Source: Nitrosopumilus sp.
GTDB lineage: Archaea; Thermoproteota; Nitrososphaeria; Nitrososphaerales; Nitrosopumilaceae
DNA: 64,000 nucleotides
Assembly (NCBI GenBank): GCA_965224195.1
Contig: OZ245040.1
Coordinates: forward strand, 1,472,001-1,536,000
Reading direction: 5' to 3'
The notes beneath the pieces are model-generated. The model was given only the letters and a program-made list of their open reading frames with translations. It did no database searches and was not told the origin of the DNA. Shown one piece after another: positions 57,062 to 64,000 of this stretch (its first letter is position 1; each line of letters begins with the position of its first letter). The translations under genes and the position numbers were made by a program.

Positions 57062-58879
57062 ATGGAGTTTTCAATTTTAGCTGAGTCTTTTAACAAAATG
57101 GAATCCACTAGAAAAAGATTAGAATTAACACAGTTTTTAGTGGAATTATTTGAAAAAACTCCTCATGATGTAATTTCAAAAATCGTATACCTTATTCAAG
57201 GAAAATTAAGACCAGATTTTGAAGGCATTGAATTAGGGGTTTCAGAAAAATTAGTGTTAAGAGCTGCAAAAAAATCATTAGGGATAAATGAAAATGATAT
57301 AATTGCCACTTTAAATAAAATAGGTGATCTTGGAACTGCAATCTCAAATACATTAGAGAAAAAAACACAAACAGGATTATTTGATTTTGGAATTGATTCA
57401 GATACATATGATGAAGCAATATTTAACACCAAAGCCAACACAATAGAAAGAATTTATGAAGTATTATGGTCAATTTCCCAATTAGAAGGTGCAGGAAAAA
57501 ATATTCAAGATAAAAAAATTAATTTCATTTCTAGCCTATGGAATAAATCTAAACCAACTGAAGTAAAATTTGTAACAAAGTTACTACTTGGAACTCTACG
57601 ACTAGGGGTTGCAGAAAATACAGTAATGGATGCACTAGCAATAGCATATTCAGGCAATAAAGAGAATAGGAAAAAACTACAACATGCATACAATGTTACT
57701 AGTGATTTAGGTAATGTTGCAGAGACCATTGCCACTAAAGGTATAGAAGGAATTGAAAAATTTGAAATTATATTATTTAATCCAATTAGACCAATGTTAG
57801 CAGACAGAATCAAAAGTGAAACTGAATCTATTGAGAAAATGGGGAATGAATTTGCAGCTGAATACAAACTAGATGGTGAAAGAGTTCAACTTCACATCGA
57901 AGGAGAAAAAGTTGTATTGTTTTCTAGAAGTTTAGAAAGAATTGAAAGCTACTATCCAGACATTATAGAGAAAATTCCTAAAAACATTAAAGCAGATAAC
58001 ATAATTTTAGAGGCTGAAGCAGTAGCAATAAATGAAAACACTGGAGAATTTTTACCTTTTCAAGAATTAATGCATAGAAGAAGGAAATACAAAATAGAAA
58101 AGGCAGTTACAGAGTATCCAATAAGTGTAAACTTTTTTGATGTTCTATATTGTAATGGAAAAAACTGTACAGAATTAAGCTACAAAGAGAGAAGAAAGAT
58201 ACTAGAAAAACATGTCAAAGAAGATGAATTTGCAAAATACATCCCAATGAGCATAGTGAAAAATGAAAATGAAATTGAAGATTTTATGGAAAATAGTATC
58301 AATGCAGGTAGTGAAGGGTTGATGCTCAAAATGTTAGATAAACCATATCAAGCAGGTTCTAGAGGAAGTCACTGGTTAAAACTAAAAAGAGAATACAGAA
58401 ACGAGTTAGGAGATAGTTTAGATCTTGTTGTTATAGGAGGGTATTTCGGAAAAGGAAGAAGGACTGGAAATTATGGAACATTACTTTTAGCAACATATGA
58501 TGAAGATGAAGATGCTTTTCCTAGTATTTGTAAAGTAGGGACTGGGTTTACAGATGAGTCTTTAGATCAACTTTATCAAATTTTAAATCCCAAAGTTTCA
58601 ATTAAAAAAAATCCACGCATCATCAGTGAAATGGAAGCAGATGTATGGTTTGAACCTGAATTAGTAGTTGAAGTAGTTGCATCTGAAATTACACTCAGTC
58701 CAATTCACAAAGCAGCAATGAATGCAATTAGAAAAGATGCAGGATTAGCTTTGAGATTTCCAAAATTCACTGGAAAAATCAGAGTTGAAAAAGCAGTTGA
58801 AGATGCATCAACAAACGAAGAAGTCATCACATTATACAAAGGACAGGAAAAAATTGCTCATGATAAAAATTTGATGTGA
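57062..58879 (+). CDS. lig: ATP-dependent DNA ligase
   Basis: EYKLDGER, EGLMLK, WLKLK, ALRFPKF. Confidence 0.97.
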   Translation: MEFSILAESFNKMESTRKRLELTQFLVELFEKTPHDVISKIVYLIQGKLRPDFEGIELGVSEKLVLRAAKKSLGINENDIIATLNKIGDLGTAISNTLEKKTQTGLFDFGIDSDTYDEAIFNTKANTIERIYEVLWSISQLEGAGKNIQDKKINFISSLWNKSKPTEVKFVTKLLLGTLRLGVAENTVMDALAIAYSGNKENRKKLQHAYNVTSDLGNVAETIATKGIEGIEKFEIILFNPIRPMLADRIKSETESIEKMGNEFAAEYKLDGERVQLHIEGEKVVLFSRSLERIESYYPDIIEKIPKNIKADNIILEAEAVAINENTGEFLPFQELMHRRRKYKIEKAVTEYPISVNFFDVLYCNGKNCTELSYKERRKILEKHVKEDEFAKYIPMSIVKNENEIEDFMENSINAGSEGLMLKMLDKPYQAGSRGSHWLKLKREYRNELGDSLDLVVIGGYFGKGRRTGNYGTLLLATYDEDEDAFPSICKVGTGFTDESLDQLYQILNPKVSIKKNPRIISEMEADVWFEPELVVEVVASEITLSPIHKAAMNAIRKDAGLALRFPKFTGKIRVEKAVEDASTNEEVITLYKGQEKIAHDKNLM

Positions 58880-58946
58880 TTTGTGCTCAAAAAAGTTCTA
58901 AAATCATAGAGGATTTAAATTACCTCGAGGTTTTTTCACTTATGTT

Positions 58947-59600
58947 ATGTATAGCGGAGAGCTTGAAGTTCAAGCAAAAAGAAAGGCTATAGCAGTTTTA
59001 CAAGACGAAATCAACAGAATTCTAAATGCATCTAGAGAACTCGCAACACTTCCTGAGCTAATGATGAAAAAAGACAAAACAGGAATAAAAAATACATTAG
59101 AACAAATCTCAACAATCGAAGAAGAAGTAGAAAACTTGAGAAGAAAAATTACACGCGAAGTAGCTGATGTCGGAGGTTTAATCATGAATAGAGAAAATCT
59201 TTTGAATACAGCATATACAATGGATGAGATCGCAGGTTACATCACAGGTATTTCATTCAAGCTATCAAATGTAAAAATTGCAACTCTAAAAAGTGCAAAA
59301 CTAGATACAGATATTACAAAATTGATTGAATTAGTTGTAGACGAAGTTTACAAACTAAACGAAATTATTCGTAGTCTTAATACAAACACTGCAAATGCTA
59401 TTGAACTGGCCCAAGAAACACAAACAATTGAAAGAGAAATAGACATTAAATACAGAGAAGCAACAATAAAACTCCTAGCAGCAGTTACAGATACAAAAGA
59501 ATTGTTGTTAATCAAAGATGTAATTGAAGGAATAGAAGAGATGTCAGATAAATGTCAAAGAGTTTCAGATTCTTTCATATTGTTAGCACTGAGCCTATAA
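58947..59600 (+). CDS. DUF47/PhoU-like protein
   Basis: IEEEVENLRR, IEREID, IEEMSDKC helical-bundle motifs. Confidence 0.85.
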   Translation: MYSGELEVQAKRKAIAVLQDEINRILNASRELATLPELMMKKDKTGIKNTLEQISTIEEEVENLRRKITREVADVGGLIMNRENLLNTAYTMDEIAGYITGISFKLSNVKIATLKSAKLDTDITKLIELVVDEVYKLNEIIRSLNTNTANAIELAQETQTIEREIDIKYREATIKLLAAVTDTKELLLIKDVIEGIEEMSDKCQRVSDSFILLALSL

Positions 59601-59694
59601 TCAAACAAAATTCTTACACTTTTACTTTATTTTTAATTTAAACAACCACACATTTTACTAAAGAATTCATATACAGATAGAGGTCTACAAATTT

Positions 59695-60231
59695 ATGAAA
59701 AGTGAACTAATTGAAAATAGAATCATAGTCTGGAATATAGAAGATTCAAAAAAACTTTTCAGCGAAGGATATTATGGAAAACCCATAGGCATACCAAAAC
59801 CAAAAATCGAAGAAATAGACGCACCATTAATTTTAGATTTGATTGAAGGACTATACCTATTAGAAAATAAGAAAATAACAATAACAAAATCTAAACAAAA
59901 AATCACACCAGAGCAATTAATTGGAATTTGTAAGAAAGAAGTTTTTGAATTTGATAAAAAATATCTAGTATACAAAAACTTTAGAGATAAAGGATATATC
60001 ATTAATCCAGGAATTAAATTTGGATGTGACTTTGCAGTGTATGAAAAAGGTCCAGGTATTGATCATGCACCATTTTTAATTCAAGTGTATACTAGAAGTG
60101 AATCAATTTCATCTACAGGTATTGTTCTAGCAGGAAGACTAGCAACTACAGTTAGAAAACAATTCATTTTAGCAATTCCAAAAGGCAAGGACAAGGTAGA
60201 CTTCTTAGCATTAGATTGGTGGAAAGCTTAG
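59695..60231 (+). CDS. endA: tRNA-intron endonuclease, catalytic subunit
   Basis: VYKNFRDKGY, GIKFGCDFAVY, GPGIDHA, VRK. Confidence 0.93.
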   Translation: MKSELIENRIIVWNIEDSKKLFSEGYYGKPIGIPKPKIEEIDAPLILDLIEGLYLLENKKITITKSKQKITPEQLIGICKKEVFEFDKKYLVYKNFRDKGYIINPGIKFGCDFAVYEKGPGIDHAPFLIQVYTRSESISSTGIVLAGRLATTVRKQFILAIPKGKDKVDFLALDWWKA

Positions 60232-60605
60232 ACAGATTTTATGTAACCAGCTATTCTATCATAAATTTCAAAAAGTTCTTTTGTTATTCCAAAAGCAATA
60301 TGATTATCCCATTTACCTCTAATTCTTACTGCCACTTCAGTAGGTTCTACATAGATTGTGGCATCTTTAACAGATTGTTTTGCTATCATGTCATTTAACT
60401 CAGAATCAGAATTTAGTTTTGATGCTAGGCTTCCTGAACCATTCCATTCTACTTTGACCACAGTTTTTGATGCAAAATGGCCCTTTGTAGTTAGTTTAGT
60501 TTTTGCAACATAATTGGAAAAACTAGAACCCGTAGATTTTCTTACTATGAATTGAGCTTGAAATCTATCTAATGCGCCCCAAGGGAGTGGATTTGGATCT
60601 TGCAT
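60228..60605 (-). CDS. Hypothetical protein
   Basis: 125-aa intact ORF. Confidence 0.7.
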   Translation of the reverse strand: MQDPNPLPWGALDRFQAQFIVRKSTGSSFSNYVAKTKLTTKGHFASKTVVKVEWNGSGSLASKLNSDSELNDMIAKQSVKDATIYVEPTEVAVRIRGKWDNHIAFGITKELFEIYDRIAGYIKSV

Positions 60606-60607
60606 GA

Positions 60608-60844
60608 TTATCCCTTTTGAATTATTTGTATTGCGTCAATGTTTGAATTCTTGACATCAATACATCCTCTATTAGTTACCATTCTAGGTGTTTGAGCAAA
60701 ATATCTACTATAGTAATCATCTTTTTCAATTTCATCAGTTCCAATTTCTTTAGATTCAGAATCTACACCGATCTCTTTTAACATTCCAGAAAATTTTTCA
60801 GGCCATGATTGGTAGACAAATGTGTCTGACTCGGTATCATGCAT
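60608..60844 (-). CDS. Hypothetical protein
   Basis: 78-aa ORF in an operon with the neighbouring gene. Confidence 0.65.
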   Translation of the reverse strand: MHDTESDTFVYQSWPEKFSGMLKEIGVDSESKEIGTDEIEKDDYYSRYFAQTPRMVTNRGCIDVKNSNIDAIQIIQKG

Positions 60845-60889
60845 TATTTACCATGAATCATACCCACAAATAAAGATATCAAGAAAAAA

Positions 60890-62713
60890 TTGAGAATAGA
60901 GATCAATCAAAATAAATATCACAAAAGTTCTGTCAGTTTATCTATGCTTAAATTCCAAAATAAAATCGCCCTAATTACAGGGAGTGGTACTGGAATAGGC
61001 AAAGCCATTGCTACAAAATTCATTGAAGAAGGAGCTAGTGTTATAATTCTTGGAAGAAGAAAAGAACCATTAGAAGAAGCAGCAAAAGAACTTGAAGGAA
61101 AAATCCCTCAAGGTACAAACGCTTCAGTTAGAATTTTTGCAGGAATAGATGTTGCAGATGAAACAGCAATGAACAACATGTTTGATACACTAAAAAATGA
61201 AAATTCAACAATAGATTACATAATTAACAATGCAGGAGTTTCAGGACCTGTCACATGTTTTGCAAATACATCACTTGATGAATTCAAAAGTACGATTGGA
61301 ATTCACTTGACAGGGACATTCTGGGGCTCGGTTCAAGCACTAAAAATAATGAAAGAAGGTGGAAAAATAATTACCATTTCTACATTCTTCACAGAAGAAA
61401 AACCATTAGAACAAAGACCTTACAGATTTAGAAGTCCATATACTGCAGCACAAGGGGCAAAAAATAGATTAGCAGAATTAATGTCATGGGAATTAACAGA
61501 TAAAGGAATAATATCCATTGCAACAAATCCTGGACCAGTTCATTCAGATAGAATTTACAAAACAGTATATCCAAAAGCAGCTGCAGAGTTTATGAGAGTA
61601 AGTGGATTTGAAGATTTGGCTCCAACTGAAGTAGATGAAGCAAATAAAGAATTACTTGCATTATTAGGCGAAGATGAAAACGTGATTAAAGAAGGAATTG
61701 CCGCTGCTGCTACAAAACTTGCAAATGGAAAGGATGTTTCAAAACTCACAGACACATTTACCAATCTATTAAACAAAATTCAAACCATTGCAGAAAAGGT
61801 CCAAAACAATACATCACACATGATTGCAAACAAAGAATTTCTATCACAAGGGCAAGTTTCTGAGACGGTTCTCAATTTATGTGATGATGAAATTGCAAAA
61901 ATAATTAATGGTAAAGTAATTCCAGGAGATAGAGTATTTTATCCAGTTAAACCACATATTGGAACATCAACACCAGGGGTTCATCAACCAGACTTTACAG
62001 GAAAAGCAGTTGTTTTCACAATTGATGCAACAGACAAGACAGATGCAGAAAGAGTAGAGTTTTTGGCACAACACATTGAGAAGAACGGAGGAAAAGTAGC
62101 TTGTTTCATATCACAATCAACATCAGCTGAACTACAAGAATACATCAGTAGTAAATTCCATTCACATGTAGTAGACATAAAGAATCCAGAAGAAGTTGCA
62201 AGATGGCTAAACACTGCAAAAACCAACATCGGCGATATTTTAGGCGTAATTCACATAACAGGAAAACTTCCAGACATACCAAAATTAACTGAAGTCTCAA
62301 GACCAGTATGGGAAGCATTAACTGAGAAATTCATTTCCACTCCAGCAACTGTTGCACAAAGAGCACTAGAACAATTTGTTCCAGGTGGAAGTAAAGATCC
62401 ACGACTTTACAAAGATGCCAAAGGTGCAATTATGATTATTGGTCCAGATTTACCAATAGGTAGAAAAGTTACAGGTACTCAAAGAGCACAGGTAGAAGTG
62501 TTCAGAGGAGCCCTAAGACCATTTACAACTACGGTTAATCAAGAACTAAGTGATGTTCTAAAATCAAAAATCAGAATGTTTACAATTTTCCCAGGAACAG
62601 TAACAGGTTCAGAACCAAACAATCAAAAAATTGCAGATGCATTTAATTTTCTAGTAACAGAAAATGCAGCAGCATCAGCAGAAATTGTCTTTTGTGTTGA
62701 TGAATCAAGATAA
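60890..62713 (+). CDS. Two-domain short-chain dehydrogenase/reductase (likely start MLKFQNK)
   Basis: TGSGTGIG, NNAG, NPGPV and a second degenerate SDR domain. Confidence 0.88.
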   Translation: MRIEINQNKYHKSSVSLSMLKFQNKIALITGSGTGIGKAIATKFIEEGASVIILGRRKEPLEEAAKELEGKIPQGTNASVRIFAGIDVADETAMNNMFDTLKNENSTIDYIINNAGVSGPVTCFANTSLDEFKSTIGIHLTGTFWGSVQALKIMKEGGKIITISTFFTEEKPLEQRPYRFRSPYTAAQGAKNRLAELMSWELTDKGIISIATNPGPVHSDRIYKTVYPKAAAEFMRVSGFEDLAPTEVDEANKELLALLGEDENVIKEGIAAAATKLANGKDVSKLTDTFTNLLNKIQTIAEKVQNNTSHMIANKEFLSQGQVSETVLNLCDDEIAKIINGKVIPGDRVFYPVKPHIGTSTPGVHQPDFTGKAVVFTIDATDKTDAERVEFLAQHIEKNGGKVACFISQSTSAELQEYISSKFHSHVVDIKNPEEVARWLNTAKTNIGDILGVIHITGKLPDIPKLTEVSRPVWEALTEKFISTPATVAQRALEQFVPGGSKDPRLYKDAKGAIMIIGPDLPIGRKVTGTQRAQVEVFRGALRPFTTTVNQELSDVLKSKIRMFTIFPGTVTGSEPNNQKIADAFNFLVTENAAASAEIVFCVDESR

Positions 62714-62715
62714 GA

Positions 62716-63168
62716 ATGAAAATATTCTCAGAGTTTAGAGTAAACGATACATTTCATTCCACATGTAGTATTTCAGATAAAGAACTAGAAGAATATCTAA
62801 AATTTTCCAGAGTGAAAAATGCATTCTTGGAAGATAAAAGAAAAGGAGAACAGCAGTTAGTTTCAGGAAGAGCTGTTCTATCAAGGATGGAAGGGGAATT
62901 TACAAGACTGAATCAAATTTATGGAAATGATATAATTTTTCTAGGAACTGATGGGGATACAGAGTGGGAAAATAGAAACACACGATTTCTCAAACCGCTA
63001 TACACAGATCAAGTGTTAAAACTGAAATTCACCATATCAAAAATAGAAGATATTGATGATGAATTTGGGAAAATTTTTGTAGACTATGAAGGAACATCTC
63101 AAGATGATGAAATTATTGTAATATCAAAGAAAAATATTTACAGAATTAAAAAAGAGCCACCCAGATAA
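62716..63168 (+). CDS. Hot-dog fold (MaoC-like) protein
   Basis: FSEFRVND, VSG, RFLKPLY.D.L pattern. Confidence 0.65.
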   Translation: MKIFSEFRVNDTFHSTCSISDKELEEYLKFSRVKNAFLEDKRKGEQQLVSGRAVLSRMEGEFTRLNQIYGNDIIFLGTDGDTEWENRNTRFLKPLYTDQVLKLKFTISKIEDIDDEFGKIFVDYEGTSQDDEIIVISKKNIYRIKKEPPR

Positions 63169-63412
63169 AACATAAAATTAATCTTCTAATTCTTCATCAT
63201 TTCTTCTTGCAGGTCTTATTGGGATGAACATTACTGTCATAGAAGGGATTCGGTAATTTTGTATTTAATAGAGACGTAGAAATCATATTTTGTTTTAGAA
63301 AATAACAGGAGAGCAGACATGTCTCTCCCGCCCTTAGGTCATAAGACCTAATGAACAACATATATTACAAAATTAGTATAAAAACATAAAATGAAATATC
63401 GAGGCTAAAATT

Positions 63413-64000
63413 CTAAAACAAATTTCCAGAAAAGGAATCAGAGAATAATTTTACAGCTGCAATTAGAATAACAACAGAAACAAGAATTTGTAAATAACGT
63501 TCTTTGATATCAATAGACAATCTTGCACCAACCAATCCTCCGATAAACGAACCAATGGATAAGAATCCTGCTTGAAGAAAATCAGGATGTCCCAAGAAAC
63601 TATGAACAATTACTCCAGATAAAGATGCAAACAAGAGAATCATTTGAGACGTAGGAGCAGCTTTTTTCATTGCCATTCCCATTCCCACAACCATTAACGG
63701 AACGAAAATTATTCCACCACCAATACCAAAAAAGGAAGAAATTATTCCTGCAAAGAAACTTGCACCAATTACAAAAACAATCATTTGTTTTGAAATAGTT
63801 TTCTCTTTGGTTTCAATTTTTTTTCTTAAAAATATGTACACAGCTGATGCAATCAATACAAATCCAAACAAAATTTTAAAAATATCAGGCGCAACATCAG
63901 TGGATATTATTGCACCAAGAATGGTTCCAGGAATTGAAAGTAATCCAAGTTTAAAACCTAAAGAATATTCTATTCGTTTTTGTTTTGAGTAAGAGATTGT
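63413..64000 (-). CDS. Sulfite exporter TauE/SafE family protein (5' end outside the window)
   Basis: SSFFGIGGGIIFVPLM, GSFIGGLVGA, multi-TM; the frame is open to the window edge. Confidence 0.88.
   Translation of the reverse strand, partial: TISYSKQKRIEYSLGFKLGLLSIPGTILGAIISTDVAPDIFKILFGFVLIASAVYIFLRKKIETKEKTISKQMIVFVIGASFFAGIISSFFGIGGGIIFVPLMVVGMGMAMKKAAPTSQMILLFASLSGVIVHSFLGHPDFLQAGFLSIGSFIGGLVGARLSIDIKERYLQILVSVVILIAAVKLFSDSFSGNLF

Overview
64 kb from an ammonia-oxidising archaeon (Nitrosopumilaceae, Nitrosopumilus-like; judged from the 16S/23S rRNA, archaeal EF-1alpha, RpoP, FBP aldolase/phosphatase, DnaJ-ferredoxin and S-layer protein). It has three parts. (1) 1-16.7 kb is mostly core genome: phasin-like and AbrB/PhaR-like genes, an alpha/beta hydrolase, USP, msrA, a surface protein, a minus-strand 16S-23S operon with processing stems and no spacer tRNA, hemL, a frameshifted NHL/DNRLRE surface protein and a TPR protein. 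(2) About 16.8-46.3 kb is a decaying mosaic island. It carries a DprA(SLOG)+PRTase pair (ShosTA-like defence candidate), a second S-layer gene that is frameshifted only in its 5' third, a type IIG restriction-modification gene split exactly at a G11 tract (phase-variation candidate), a Zn-finger/13-aa-repeat basic protein, virus-like genes (PD-(D/E)XK nuclease, tiny zinc ribbons, holin-like protein), permuted A/B duplications, a paralog pair whose differences are almost all amino-acid-changing, many tandem duplications and an inactivated IS5-family element that truncates a response regulator. (3) 46.9-64 kb is intact core genome (cupins, DnaJ-Fer, HIT, 3-hydroxyacyl-CoA dehydrogenase, rpoP, rpsJ, tuf, fbp, lig, endA, SDR, TauE). 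Frameshifts are concentrated in accessory genes, so they could be real decay or contingency switches, or assembly errors. All alignments and counts were made by eye.
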